From assembly GCF_009914755.1 (NCBI RefSeq), contig NC_060926.1: DNA of 64,000 nt; one strand, given 5' to 3'. The notes under the pieces are model-generated. The model made no database searches. It saw only the letters and a program-made list of their open reading frames with translations, and was not told the DNA's origin. How positions within the stretch are numbered: the stretch's first letter is position 1; every line of letters begins with the position of its first letter. This document shows, piece after piece, positions 24,451 to 39,791 of the stretch. Both the position numbers and the translations under genes were made by a program. The stretch comes from the human T2T-CHM13v2.0 reference genome, Homo sapiens.

Positions 24451-27065
24451 AATTATATTCCTATTTACATCAGATTAAGTTTCAAGATTTTATTTTAAAT
24501 TATTAAATAAGGGCTTAAAATATTCCAATTATTTCAATTTAAGAAGCAAAATATGTGCAACACTTCTAAAGTTCAGGTAAATTCTTCAAATTAACTCAAT
24601 CACCAATAATATAAATTCATAAATATGACCTAGTATTTGCTATGTAAGTTCTGCTTTTGAGTTTCTGTGTAGTTATATTGCTCTTTTGGAGAATATTCAT
24701 GTGATTAAAATGTTAATGAGATTAAAGCATTCTTTTGAAGTGTATTTATTTTTTTCTCTAGCCTAGACATTTATTTTGAATATTGATTGTTTCTATGCTG
24801 AGGTCTGGTGATAAGTCAATATAAAAGTTAAAATATAGTTAAATAAATAGGTATAAAATTTATTTAAATATACTTTTTAAACTATAATTTGCATATATGT
24901 ATGCAAATATATACGATCAAATAATCTACAAGTATAATAAACATTCACAATTCTATAAGAACACATGAAAAATGTGATTACTTTTTGTAAATGAATCAAG
25001 TAAGTTCAGACAGATGCTATGAGTTTTGAATAATGAATAGAAATCTTCCGGAAGTAGAATCATTTCAGAATGGACTTTAAAGCAGAGGAAAGAGCACATG
25101 AAAAGCATGGAATCATGAAAGGACATGACATTTCAGGGAATGGTGAAAACTCTCTCGTATCACTGAACATTTAACAAGTAGGAAATACAGGTGGGCAATG
25201 AAATTGGAGTCAAATTGTGAAGCAACTTGAATGTTGAAGCAATGAGTTCACTCATCAACTCTTATCCTTAGGTAGTCAACTATGGTTTAAATAGGTATTA
25301 TGATTCTTAGATTGGTTTTATTTGCATAGTATATATGTGTGTGGTGCATATATGTGTTTGAATTTGTATGTATTTAACAGTTTTTTCTGAAGGTTTGAGC
25401 AAAATAATTATAGAAGACTAAATGTAGTGAAAAATGTAATTGTTATGGAAAAAGAGATGAGAATATTGGGCTTAGCCTTAGAATTAGGGAAGTTTCTTAT
25501 TTATATAATTCATTCAGAATTATTCTATTTCTCACACCTGGGTTACTGGTTCAGGTAACTCATGATTTTAAAATTGTCATGGAATTCCCATTCATTAAAA
25601 TGATGCATTTATGAATTGTCCCCTAATCTAATTAATGTCATTAGGCCTGAGATAAGAATTACTGTGGACATCTCAAAATAATAGTTCTTTACTCTTCTGA
25701 GAGAACTATCAGAAGCTTTCTTTTTTGCACTATCTGTGATTTCTTTTTTGCACTATTTGGTGTTCATGTATAAAATTGAGAACTTCAGAAACTATTTTTT
25801 TTCAGCATGAGAGAAGTCAGACTTAGCAGGATCTGATACCACAAAAATTAGATTGAAGAGAAATAGAATTCTGATGACACAGTAGAGTGAGTAAATAAAT
25901 CAACTTAGAAGTACATAAAAATTTTGATTTTATATTACATACAATAGTATGCAATATTACATACAATAGTTCCAAAAAGAGGTTTAATACATTCCTTCGT
26001 GTAATTGCAAATTCGAAGCACTTGGGTAGATTTTCTCTTTGAAAACAAAAAATCAATTCTCCTTTTTGAACCCATTCATAATTGTCATGTGAACTTGGTA
26101 GTTGTAGATGAAAACAGGTAAATGATCTATTTGCAATTGCTGAAAAACATTTAAGGGCAAAAAATACAACTGAAAAACTGCTTTAAACACTTCTTAAATG
26201 AGAAAGAATAGAAGTAAGGAAAATTTGTGGACTGTAACTATCATACTTCAAAAACACACTTTCATGGGATCTACTTAAGAACAGATGAATTCTACAACTG
26301 GTTGACTGTATTCTGCAAAAAATTGATGGTGAATAATGAAAGCCTTAAATACCAATTACAGGTCATTGAAGAGGTCTCTAAAAAGTTCAATTGCCTAAAC
26401 ATATTTCCTGGCATTTTGCCACAATTACTATTAATAATAGATAAGGGTTCAGCTTCACGATGACTGACTAAAAGCAGCTTATGGACAAGCATCAAAATAG
26501 TGAGTAAATATTAACACTTTGAGAAGTGCATCTAAGAGAGCACACTGGCATTCATCAAGAAATGACTGGATTCGCAGAGAGTACAGTTGACTAAAGCCAG
26601 GCAGCCTGCTGAGCTGGGACCTGTGTGGAGCCCAAAGAGGCTCCCTGATGCAGAAAAGGGGTGAGTGAGCAAGAAACACTCGAGACTCCACACCTCTGCC
26701 ATGGACTTTTACATTCCTAGCTACTGAGAGTCCACTTGGTCCACACCCCCACACCCTCCAAACCAGACTAACAAAGGGAGCTGCTTGTACACTGTTCAGA
26801 GGTACTGCTTGAGCCCATGTGGAGTCCCACTGGGTTTTGATCCTTGATTAGCCCGACCCCAACTGCCACTGCCCCAACACTTTGGGGCACTTTTACATGC
26901 CCCAAAGACAGGTACTGCAGCCATGGCACAGAGGAATGGGCAGACTGCCCACCACATGACTGCCTGCCTCTGCTGCTCCCCATTAAGCAGTGCCTGCCTT
27001 CTTCAGCACCAGGTTCACAGCGTATCTGCCCTGCCCAAGCATGAGCAATATGGATGTGGCCAGTG

Positions 27066-27368
<303 letters not shown>

Positions 27369-29066
27369 TGTGGCCAGCGCTTTTCTGAGAGCCTAAACTC
27401 TATAGGCCAGTGACCTGACCTTTGTCTCCCATAGCAATTGCCACCACCAGTGCTTCCACCAACTCTGTTGCTGCTAGGCCAAGAAGGGAGCAGGGAAACC
27501 TGGCACCTATGTGTGCACCAACAGCAAAATCCACCACTGCTTCTGTGGGTGGGAAGTAGGCCATGCACCCAAAGCTGCCATTCTCTATTGCTCTAGCTGA
27601 GAGGTGCCGACCCTCAACAGTGACAGGCTTGCAATAGTAGCTTCCCTGCCCTTATTTGAGCACTTTGGCTGTGATCTGGCATTGTTCTGGGAGTCCAACC
27701 CCCAGTAGCTGGTGATCTGCCCACTGGCTCCTGAAGAAGTTGCTCTCACTGCTTTAGCTCTTGCTGCTGCCAGGGCAGGGAGGGAGCAGGGAAACTTGGC
27801 ACCTTAGCACAACCCAAGGAAGAACACTGCTGCTGCCCCTATGAGAGGAATGTGTGAGCAGGCCATGTCCCCTACAGCTGCCTGCCTCTGCTTCTGCCAG
27901 TGAGGGGGCTCACTTTTTCCAGTAAAAGTCCGCAGAACAGTCACCCTGCTCCTGCTGAACCATTTCAGCTACAGCTTAGAGCCCTTCTGAAAGCCAAGGC
28001 CCTGCAATCCTGTGATCTTCCACGGTGCTTCCACTGCCCAAGTGTTCTGCTGCCACCTGAGCATTCTGAGCATTCTGCCTGCCCTCACATAAGAGTTTTG
28101 CTGGTAACCTGGGACCCAGCCTGACATTCTTTATCACGGCACCTGAAGAACAAGTCCACACACCCAGTCCTGGTCCAGTCCCTCCACGAATCATAAATGC
28201 TATCTACTGGGCCCTTGAGGGCCCTGGGGATTATTTGGCAATTAAAGGATTGCCTAGTCCCATCCACCACTGTTGGCACTGACCACTCCCCATGTGATCT
28301 GATACCCATGTGCATGTGCCAAAAGGTAGAACACCTCTCTCATCTATTTGAAGCATCAGCATTCCACACTAGAGAACGGGTGAACCACAAAGCTCCCTGT
28401 ATTGGGCTGAGTGAAGAGGTTCTTCTCCAAAACCACTCCCATGAAGAACCATGGGACAGGCAGTTTACATGGCTCTCAGTTACACTGTGGCCTGGAGATA
28501 GATTATAGTGTGTGTCTGAACTGAGTGTCACAAGCCTCAGGACAGGGGTGTGACAGGGAAACATTTCCTTTTGCTTGTGTAGAACATGGAGTAGATGCAG
28601 CTTCCTCACCACCCTACAGAGACGTTGGTGCATTTCATCAGTAGCTTCCCCAGCCATTTCCATCAGGGCTAGTACCTATGTCCATCATCAGGATATTTGT
28701 AGACAAGCCAGGTAATACAGTTGTGCCTAGCTTTGTCCTCCCACAGTAAATAGAAAACTCAGAGTACCAGGCATTCCATTGTCTGGCCCATTACCTGAAA
28801 CAACAGAGAGAACCTCACGGTAAACAAAGATAAAGTACATACCCATCATCTTTTGCCACAGGCAGTTTTATGCATAGACACCAACTACTGGCCTGGAGGT
28901 TGAACTGCAAAACCTAATAAAAAACTGCCAACAGAAGTGCACAGGGCTATAGCAGAAAAGTCAAGAGTCCCTGCCCAACATATTCAACAGGCACACACTC
29001 AATGAAGGGAAAAATTCTATCTAAATGAAAGTAAATTAAAAAACCAAGAAGTGTTAGATCCAACAG

Positions 29067-30045
29067 ATGAGAAAAAACCAACATAAGAACTCTGGCACCA
29101 TTAAAAAAACTGAATGTTGTGACACCACCAAAGGGGCAAACAGGCTCTGTAGCAATGGACTCTAGCCAAAATAAAAATTCTAAACTAACAGATAAAGAGT
29201 TCAAAGTATAGACTGTAAGAAAATTCAATGCAATCCAAGAGAAATTTGATAACTAACACAAAAGGACTAGAAAGGCAATATAGGATATAAAAGGAGAGAT
29301 AGATATATTTAAAAGAAAGCAAATAAACAGAACTTCTAGAAATAAAAAATTCACTAAAGAAATGTCAAAATACATTGAAAGCTTTAAAAATAGACTAGAG
29401 CAAGCAGAAGAAAGAATTTCAAAGCTTGAAGATAGGACTTTTGAATTAATCCAATCAGACAGAAATAAGAACAAAAGAATTCAAAGAAAATGAACAAAGC
29501 CTTCAAGAAATTTAAAATTATGTGAAATGACCAATCTATGACTTATAGGCATTCCTGTAAAAGATTTTTTAAAAAGTAAGGAATTGGAAACATATTTGAG
29601 GAAACAATTCAATAACATTTTCCTGATCTTTCTAGAGATATAGACATACACATGCAATAAGTTTATAGAACATGAAAAGGTTCTCTACAAGGTAAACATC
29701 ACCAAGGTATATAGTTATCAGATTATTAAAGATCAACATGAAAGAATAAATTTTAAAAGCAGCTAGAGGGAAGTGTCAAATTATGTATAAAGGAACTAGG
29801 AAATACTGTCAGACTAATGGCAGAAGTCTTAGCAAAAATATTACAACCCAGAAGAAATTGAGGGCCCATTTTTAGCATTCTTATAGAAGAAAATATGCCA
29901 GCCAAGAATTTTGTATCCTTCCAAACTAAGCTTTATAAATGTAGGAGAAACAAAGTCTTTCCCAGACAAGCAAATGCTAAAGGAATTTGTCACCACTAGA
30001 CTGGCCTACAAGAAATGCTCAAAGGAGTTCTAAACATGAAAATCA
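29067..30045 (+). pseudogene. Disrupted L1 ORF1
   Basis: ATG agaaaaaaccaacataagaactctggc (MRKNQHKNSG); ccagacaagcaaatgctaaaggaatttgtcaccactaga near the C-terminus; many stops and frameshifts. Confidence 0.85.
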
Positions 30046-30149
30046 AAGGATAACACTTGCCATCATAAAAGCACACACAAATACTAAGCATATACATGCT
30101 ATAAAGCAATTACACAACTGAGACTCCAAGGCAAATAGCTAACAATACT

Positions 30150-33100
30150 ATGACAGGAACAAAACCTCACATATCAACATCAACCATAGATGTAAATGGC
30201 CTAAATGTTTCACTTAAAACATATCAACTGGAAAATTGGATTTACTAAACAAGTTTGAACCATCAATTGCCTAAAAGAGATCCACCTAATGGCTAAATAA
30301 ATCTACAGACTCAAAGTAATGGGGTGGAAAAAGATAGATAGATTATAGAAATGGAAAACAATAGCAACCAGAATTAGCTATTCTTATCTGTGATAAAGTT
30401 TCAACAAACAACAATGAAAAAAGACAAAGATAGACATTATATAATGATAAAGGGCTCAATAATATATGAAGATTTCACTATCCTAAATTTATATACACCC
30501 AGTACCACAGCAAATACTACTAGGCCTGATAAAACAGATTGACAGCAATATAATAATACTGGGAAACTTCAATACACCACTGACAACACTAGATAAAATA
30601 TGAAGGCAGAAAATCTACAAAGATACTCTGGACTGAAACTGGACTCTAGACCAAGTAGACCTGACAGAGATTTGGAGAAAATTTTACTCAACAACTGCAG
30701 AATATATCTTTTTCTTATCTGTATATGGAACATTCTCCAAAATTCATGATATGCTTGACCATAAAGCAAGTCTCAATGATTCAAAAAATAAATTTATACC
30801 AAGTATTTTCTCAGACCACAGTTGAATAAAATTAGAAATCAATAATAAGAAACTCTCAAAACTACAGCGGTACATGTAAACTAAACAACTTACTTCTCAG
30901 TGACTTTTGGGTAAACAATGAAATTAAGGCAAAAATTTTAAAAATTTTGAAATAAATAAAAATAGTGACAAAACATACCAAAACTTTTGGAATATAGCAA
31001 AAGCAGTGCTAAGAGGAAAGTTTACAACATTAAATGCCTACATCAAAAAGATAAGATCTCAAATTAATAACCTCATGTTGCACCTCAAGGAACTAGAAAA
31101 GCAAACAAAAAAGCAAACCCAAAGCTAGCAGAAGAAAAGAAATAACAAATATCAGAGCAGAACTCAATGAGATTGAAAGAAAAAATACCAAGGATCAATA
31201 AATGGAAAAGTGGATTATTTGAAAAAATAACAGTGATAGTCCCCTAGCTAGCTTAACCAAAACAGAGAGAGATTCAAATAAGCCCAATTAGAAATGAAAA
31301 AGGTGACATTACAACTGATACCACAGAAATACAAAAGACCATCACAGGCTACTATGAACACCTCTATATGCTAATACTAGAAAATCTAGAGGAAATTGAT
31401 AAATTACTGGAAACATTCAACCTCCAAAGTTTGCACCATAAAAAATAGAAATCCTGAAAAGACCAATAGCAAGTAGTGAAATTTAATCAGTAATAAAAAA
31501 TATTCCAACAACAGCAAAAACCCCAGGATTGGATGGATTCATGGCCACATTTTCCAGATGTGCAAAGATGAGCTGGCACTAATCTTACTGAAACTACTCC
31601 AAAATTTCTAGGAGGAGGGAGGGATTTATCCCTAACTCCTTCTGTGAAATCAATATTACCTTAATACAAAAATCAGGAAAGGATACAACAAAAAAAGAGA
31701 ACTATAGGTCAATATCCCTGGTGAACACAGATGCAAATATTCTCAAGAAAATACTAGTAAACCAAATCCAACAGCACATCAAAAACATAATTTATCATGA
31801 TCAAGTGGGTTTTATTCTAGGGATGCAAGGATGAATCAACATAGACAAATCAATAAATGTGATTCACCCCATAAACAGAATTAAAAACAAAAACCATATT
31901 ATCATCTCAATAGACGCAGAAAATGCATTCGATAAAATCCAACATTCCTTCAGGATAGAAATCCTCAATAAATTAGAAATTGAAGGAACACATCTCAATA
32001 TAATAAGTGCCATATATGATGAACCCTCAGCCAACAAGATACTAAAGAGGAAAAGGTTGACATCATTCAACCTAAGAATGGAAACAAGACAAGGATGTCC
32101 ACTCTTACAACTCTTATTTAACATAGTACTAGAAGTCTTAGCCAGATCAATTGGCCAAGAGAAACAAAAGCATCTAAATTGAAAAAGAGGAAGTCAAAAT
32201 TTTTCTGTTTGGGGATGACATGACCTTATACCTAGAAAACCCTGAAGACTCCTTCAAAAGACACCTGGACTTTGTAAACAACTTCATGAAAGTCTCAGGA
32301 TACAAAACTAACATATGAAAATCAGTAGTATTACTGTATTTCTAAAATGTTCAAGTTGAGAATCAAATAAAGAACTCAATGCCATTTACAGTAGCTACAA
32401 AAAATAAAACCTAGGAATACCTTTAACCAAGGAAGTGAAAGATCCTTATAAGAGCAACAAAACACTGATGGATGACATCATAAGTGACACAAACAAATGG
32501 AAAACATTTCATGCTTATGAATTGGAAGAATCAATATTACTGAACTGACCATAATGCCCAAAGCAATCTATAGAGTGAATAGAGTTCCTATGAAATTACC
32601 AATGTCATTTTTCGGATAACTAGAAAACAAAATCCTAAAGTTTATATGGAACCAAAAAAGAGCCCAAAAAGCAAAAGCAATGCTAAGCAAAACAAAAACA
32701 AAAACAAACAAACAACAACAACAACAACAAACCAGAGATAGGACATTGCTTGACTTTAAATTATACTATATGATTATTGTAACCAAAGAGTGTGGTACTG
32801 GTACAAATATAGACACGTTAATCAATGGAACAGAATAGAGAACCCGGAAATAAAGCTACAGACCTACAACCAATTGATCTTCAACAAAGTCAGTGCGAAA
32901 ATGAACAATGGGGAAAGGACAACTTATTCAATAAATTGTGTGAGGAATATTGGATAGCCGTATGCAGAAGAATAAAACTAGATCTCTATCTCTTACTATA
33001 TGCAAAAATTCACTCAAAATGGATTAAAAAATTAAATATGAGACCTGAAACTATAAAAATTCTAGAAGAAAACCTAAGAAAAACTCTTCTTGACATTGGG

Positions 33101-33988
33101 GTAGGCAAAGAATGTACTATTAAACCCACAAAAGCAAATAAAACAAAAACAACAAAACCAAATAGGACTTAATAAATTAATGATCTTCTGCACAGCAAAC
33201 AAACAAACAAACAAACAAACAAAAAAACTATCCACAAATTACACAGACAACCTAGAGAATGGGAGGAAATATTTGCAAGTTATGCTTCTGACAAATGAGC
33301 AATTTCTAGAATCTACAAGGAACTCAAACTGCTCAACCAGAAAAATTCCAACACCACCATTAAAAAGTGGGCAAAGAACACAGATATTTCTCAAAAGAAG
33401 ATATACAAGCAACCCACAAGCATATGAAAAATTACTCAACATCACTATTTATAAGACAAATGAAAATTTAAATCACAATCACAGAGCAGTCAAATGGCTA
33501 CTAAAAAGTCAAAAAACAATCAATGTTGGCTTGGATGTAAAGAAAAGGGAATACATATACACTGTTGGTGGAAATGTATATTAGTACAACGTTTATGGAA
33601 ACCATATGGATATTTCTCACATTTAGTTCTCAAAGAACTAAAAATAGAATTACCATTCAACCTAGTAATCTCCCTGTGGGATATCTAGCCAATGGAAAAA
33701 AAATCATTATCTAAAAGACACCTGCACTCATATGTTTATCGTAGCACTATCCACAATAGCAATGTCATCGAATTTCTGGAAGTGGAATCAATCTAAATGT
33801 CCATCAACTGTTGATTGCATAAAGAAAATGTGGTACATATACACCATGGAAAGCTATGCAGCCATAAAAAAGAATGAAAACTGGTCCTTTGCAGCAACAC
33901 TGATAGAGCTGGAGGCTATTATCCTAAGTGAATTAACTAAGAAACAGAAAATCAATACCAAATGTTTTCAGTTATAAGTGGGAGCTAA
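30150..33988 (+). pseudogene. Disrupted L1 ORF2 (endonuclease / reverse transcriptase)
   Basis: MTGTKPHIS..IDVNGLN start; ORF 31859-32182 has [15 protein letters not shown] and TRQGCPL RT motifs; multiple disablements. Confidence 0.92.
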
Positions 33989-34689
33989 CAATGGGTACAC
34001 ATGGATATAAAGAAGGAAATAATAGATGCTGGGTACTCCAAGAAAGAGCAGGGTAAAACGAGAGTGAAGGTTGAAAAATTACCTGCTGGGTACAATGTTC
34101 ATTATTTGAGTGATGCATGCACTAAAAGCTCAAACCTCATCGTTTTGCAATATATTCATGTGACCAATTTGCACATGCATCCTCAAATCTAAAATAAAAT
34201 AAGTACTTTTTATCATGCTTTATGGATGATAAGGGTGTTTATTAAAGAGCAGTATGGCAAAACTAAAGCTTACTTCATTGGAATCTACATCTAATCAAGA
34301 AGATGCAACAGTGCCTGGCATGGTCTAGCTTGTTATTCTTCAATTAAGAACTGAGGGAAAACATTTAGAAGTATGTGAACAGACTGAGGGACATTGGCAG
34401 TTCATGGAGAAAAATTTGAAAGTTACTGTTGATCCTCTTTTAAGTTATTGACTCGTTTGATCTCTATTCACTGATAACCAAGGCTATCTACATAATTGGT
34501 AGGAAACAATGCAAATGAAACAGATTCCTTGTTCTAAAAGCAGAAAGAATGATTTCATTAAAAGTACTAAAATATCATACATTTTTCTTTCTTCTAAACA
34601 CACAGAAGATAGGTCTCTCTATTGACCTATCTTGTGTGTGTTTGTGTTTTTTATTTACTGTTCAATGGCATTCTAAGAAAATGCAAAAT

Positions 34690-35270
34690 ATAAACAAATT
34701 ACTGAAATTCACAGTTCATCTTTTATGTGCAATGTCAGTTTCAAATGTAAATATAAAAGCATTTAACTCACATGGAGATTTACCATAATTATTATATTTC
34801 ACATAAAATTCATTATTCTTGAGCTTGGATACTGAAACATGTGTACAAACTGACTCAATTGTTATTTTATTTCTTGATGTACTCATGTCCTACCAATCCT
34901 CTCTACTTTCAGCTTGTTGATGAGTAAGGAAGGACTAAAAGAAAAAGGAAATATGGATTGCACTATCTTTCCATTTTCTTTTGTCATCATTCCCTTTTAA
35001 AATGGTTGGCTAATATAGGAAATTAGCACAAGTTCAAGAGAAGCTATGACAGATTTCCTTGATAATTCGTATATCTTAGAATGTCAGTACCTTCTTTTTG
35101 TGTTTGAATAAGTTCCAATTTGAAAGGAAAACGTGCTCCTTTAATGCTGTCAGCAAACCTGCTTACCAAGTTGTAGATAGAACATGCTTATCGTGTATTT
35201 CCTTTGAGTCTGACTGAACTTCCATGTATTATGGGTCCCATTATTGGAACTCTCTCATAGTGCATCACAA
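34690..35270. mobile_element. hAT-Tip100 DNA transposon remnant (MER45B-like)
   Basis: gatgagtaaggaaggactaaaagaaaaaggaa...gctgtcagcaaacctgcttaccaagttgtagat...ctttgagtctgactgaacttccatgtattatgggtccc match recalled MER45B blocks. Confidence 0.6.
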
Positions 35271-35279
35271 ATCCACTGT

Positions 35280-36100
35280 ACCTTGCTTTTTTTCCCTCAT
35301 CATTTTGCTTTTGTGACTTACGTTTATAGATAGCTAGGGGATTATGAGATCACCAATTTTGAGTGTTATGCAGAATTCTACTACATTAACATATCACAGT
35401 ACAGATCCATTACTATATTGATAATCTTGATAATAAATTTGTTTTATATCTTTAGTTTGCTACTGGTAACAATGCTGCAATAAATGACTTTAAGCACATT
35501 TCCCCATAGTTTTCATAGATTAATTATAGTAGAAGTGGAATTGACAGGTCAGATGCAGGTATACATTCAATTTAAATGTATATTGATTAATGGCTTTTCA
35601 AATTGTAGTTTATATTTGAGTCAGAAGAATATGAGAGTTTCCATTTATCATTCCTACCAAAATATTTATATATCAAATTTTTAATGTTTTGGATTGATCT
35701 AACAATATTTCATGGTAATATAGTTTGATACACAATTCTCTACTTTTTAGTTAGTCTGGACACTTCTTGATGTATTTATTGGTCATCCATTTCTTTGAAG
35801 GCTCTTAATATCAGTTATACAGTTTCCTTTTGAGTTATTTTTTATTGATGATTTATAGGAAATATATATATATATATATTTTCTGGTTACTAATCCTTTG
35901 TCAGTTTTGTGTATTGTACATATTTTAAATCCCTCATCTTATATTTAATTTTTGTTTACACAATTATTCTGCCAAGAGTTTGATTATTGATAATGTAGTC
36001 AAATTTTCATGCTTTTAAAAATATTTTATAAAGCTGAAGCTTTTAAAATAAATCTGTTCTCTAAACTGATGTCATCTTGGTAGTCTATGGTTTTCTCCTA
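35280..36100 (-). mobile_element. Ancient L1ME-like 3' fragment
   Basis: aacaatgctgcaataaa, agaagtggaattgacaggtca, atgtatttattggtcat, ttctggttactaatcctttgtcagtt. Confidence 0.7.
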
Positions 36101-36445
36101 AAGATCGAAAGCCAGATTTGGCAAACTCTGTGAAGAGCCACATAGCATTTTTCACTTTACTTTTTATGATTTAGGTATTCTTATTAAATATTTATGTTAA
36201 ATTGGTTGTATTTTAGATATGCCTGTTAAAGAGTTACTTGTATTTCTTACCCAGTGTAAAAAGTCAATAGCTTTTATCAAGTAAATGTAATCAAATAAGT
36301 CATTTTGTGTTTGGAAACAACTCTATTTTAGATGGTGTGTTCAATTTAAAATATATTTATTTGTATATTTATTTTACCTTTCTTAACTTTTCTTAGTTAG
36401 ATGTAGTTTTCTAAATTCTCTTGTTTGGCCTTCCTCACCTTGTTA

Positions 36446-36847
<402 letters not shown>

Positions 36848-37149
36848 TTATATTATTTGAATTTCCCCTTTAGTCATTAACTTTTTTGCAATTGTCATTC
36901 TTACACTTACTAACACATTTACTTACTTCTTATTTTAGCATTACCTTCTATATCCCATTTTATCTATATTTCATAAGTCTATATTCAAAAAACTTCCTAC
37001 TGAAATCCAGGCCGTAATAATTTTTTAACTTGAAAACTTGGTTACTAGAATTCTCACTGTTTATTTTAAATTTAAATTACTCTAATTAATTCCCACATTG
37101 AAGATGCTCCTTATTCGCATCTATTTTGTTGATAATACATCTGCTATCC

Positions 37150-37660
37150 CTATAAATTTCAACCTAAGTAATCTTTCTCTATCTTGCTAATTAGATTTTC
37201 CCTTTTGTCTCTGACACACATCTCTGATGTCACAAAATTTTCTATAATCTGCCCAGATAGGACTGCTATTTCTTATCTTATGGTGGAATCATTAGTTCTT
37301 CAAGAAAAAGACAAAATTTTTTCTCCTTCTGATAATTGCAATTTTATTTTTGAACATTAGATTGTTCTCCTTCCTACTTTTCATTTATTTTCTTTATTTC
37401 TGGAACTCCTATTAGGTATATTGTGTGTCTTTTAAATCTAAACTTCATGGGTTTTGACTTTTCTTTCACATTTCATGTCCCTATATAGTTCTCTGCATAA
37501 TTCTGGGTAATTGCCTGAAATCAATAACCTCCCCTAAACTATGTTTTGCCTACTATATCTTCTACTGTTCAATTGATGTTCAATTATTCATGTCAGTGAC
37601 TATTTTTCTTCATTACACAAATTTAATTTGGTTCTTTGGGTAATATACCAGTTATTTAAG
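37150..37660 (-). mobile_element. Ancient L1M ORF1-region fragment
   Basis: ttctggaactcctattaggtatattg, gcataattctgggtaatt, tctactgttcaatt...aatttggttcttt. Confidence 0.55.
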
Positions 37661-38206
37661 AAAAATAATATTTATAGTGAGAGCAAAGTTTTAGGGGAAA
37701 CAAAAACAAGCAACACTACAACACTAACAGCTTTGAAGTAAATTAAACGTATGTGGTGGCTCTGCCTGAACCTACCAACAACTCTCTAACATATCTCTTT
37801 TCAGGCTCTGAGGTCTCTCTGCTCATGGAGCTACCATGGACAGCCATGTGAAACTTTACCCAAGCCTATCCTTTACAAGAAGTACCCCAAGGTTCTGAAA
37901 GAGTCAAGGGTATGAAAAGTATGATATTCATAAGAATAATTGTAGTCATCAGGGTTCCTGAAATTTTAGTATTAGTTTTGCAGCTATATAGATATCGACA
38001 TAAAATTTGGTGATTTAGAAGGCCTGTTTTATCTTTACAATTCAATAACTGAAAATTACTTTTATTTCATAGCTCAAATTATGTTAAATCTCATGTGTCC
38101 CATGACTTCATCTTTCAAGATGGTCAGCAGGTCTAACTTGGTGGGTATATATATAAAACACTGACAAAACAAAGAATGAAATAATAAAATAACAAAGCTA
38201 GAGGCA

Positions 38207-38482
38207 TTTATATATATTATATATAATATAATTATTTAAATATAATTATTTAAATAATTAAATATAATATATAATTAAATAAAATATATATTTTATATAT
38301 TATATATATTATAAATATATATAATATACATATATTATATAAATTTATTATATATTATATACATATATATTATATACATATATATTATATAAATAAATAT
38401 ATATTTTATACATATACATATATATTATATATATGTGAGTATATATATATACTTGAGTGTGTATATATATATATATACACTC
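38207..38482. repeat. AT-rich (TA)n-derived low-complexity tract
   Basis: ~275 bp of almost pure A/T with interrupted TA dinucleotide runs. Confidence 0.97.
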
Positions 38483-38489
38483 ACAAGAC

Positions 38490-38710
38490 AGAGATGGAGA
38501 GAAAGAGATGAAGGAAGCCAAACTCATCCTTTTATCAGGAACCCACTCTTGTGATAACTAACCCACCCTGAGATGAGGGCATTAATTCATTCAGGAGGTC
38601 AGAGCCCTCAAGACCTAATCACCTCTTAAAGGTCCCACTTCTCAACACTGTTGCATTTGGAATTAAATTTCCAATACATAAACTTTGAGGGACACATTCA
38701 AATCATAGCA
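38490..38710 (-). mobile_element. MST (MSTC/D-like) MaLR LTR fragment
   Basis: gagccctcaagacctaatcacctcttaaaggtcccacttctcaacactgttgcatt...gacacattcaaatcatagca. Confidence 0.88.
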
Positions 38711-39686
38711 ATATACAAAATAAGTAAGGAAGACAGTCAACTCTGTACTACTACTACTAATAATAATAATCTGATTTTATATTTATTTATTTATTTATTT
38801 ATTTTGAGACAGAGTCTCGCCCTGTTGCCCAGGCTGGAGTGCAATGGCGCAATCTTGGCTCACTGCAACCTCCGCCTCCCAGCTTGAAGTGATTCTCCTG
38901 CTTCAGTCTCTTGAGTAGCTGGGATTACAGGCATGTGCCACCATGCCTGGCTAATTTTTTGTATCTTTAGTAGAGACGGGGGTTTCACCATGTTGGCCAG
39001 GCTGGTCTCAAACTCCTGACCTCGTGATCCACCTGCCTTGGTCTCCCAAAGTGCTGGGATTACAGGCATGAGCCACCGCACCCAGCCGATAATCTGATTT
39101 TAAAAATGAGCAAAGGAACTGAATAGACATTTCTCAAATGAAGACACCACAAATCACCAACAAGTATATGAAAAAAAATGCTCAATATCTATTACCACCA
39201 GGAAAACATTAAAACTACAAAGAGATATCACCTCACACCTTTTAGAAAGACTACTATCATAAAGATGAAAGATAAATGTTGCCAAGTATAGGCGGAAAAT
39301 AGAATCTTTGCACACTGTAGGTGAGAATATAATTTGGTACAGCCAGTATGGAAAACAGTATGGAGGTTGCTCACAAAATTAAAAATAGAACTATTATATA
39401 ATCTAGCAATTCTACTACTGGTTATATATCCAAAGAAAGTGAAATCAGCATGTCAAAGAGATATCTTCACTCCAAGTTTATTGCAGCATTATTTATGGTA
39501 GCCAAGATATGGAATCAAGCTAAACATCCATTAATGGATAAGTGAATAAAGAAAATGTAGTATATACACAGAGTAGAATACTATGTAGCATTAAAAAAGG
39601 AAAAAAAAAAGTCCTGTCATTTGGGATATGAATGAACCTGGAGGACATTATATTAAGTGGAATATGTCAGGCACAGAAAGACAAAG
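38711..39686 (+). mobile_element. L1MA-like 3' ORF2 fragment, interrupted by Alu
   Basis: gcaaaggaactgaatagacatttctc, tggtacagccagtatggaaaacagtatggagg, atgaacctggaggacattatattaagtg...caggcacagaaagacaaa. Confidence 0.9.
38780..39087 (-). mobile_element. Alu (AluSg-like) with (TTTA)n tail
   Basis: Full reverse Alu; perfect TSD ataatctgatttta (38766-38779, 39089-39102). Confidence 0.97.
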
Positions 39687-39791
39687 TGCTACTTATCAAT
39701 TCAGCAATCTATCCGTTCTTTTTATTCGCATGAAAACATTGCATGGTGTCTAAAGTGACGTTCAATGAAGTAGTCACTGTGTTTATATAGA

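Noticed and set aside
25717-25762. 23-bp imperfect tandem duplication (similar 26-bp one at 8868-8915)
   Set aside because: Real but ordinary slippage products of little interest.
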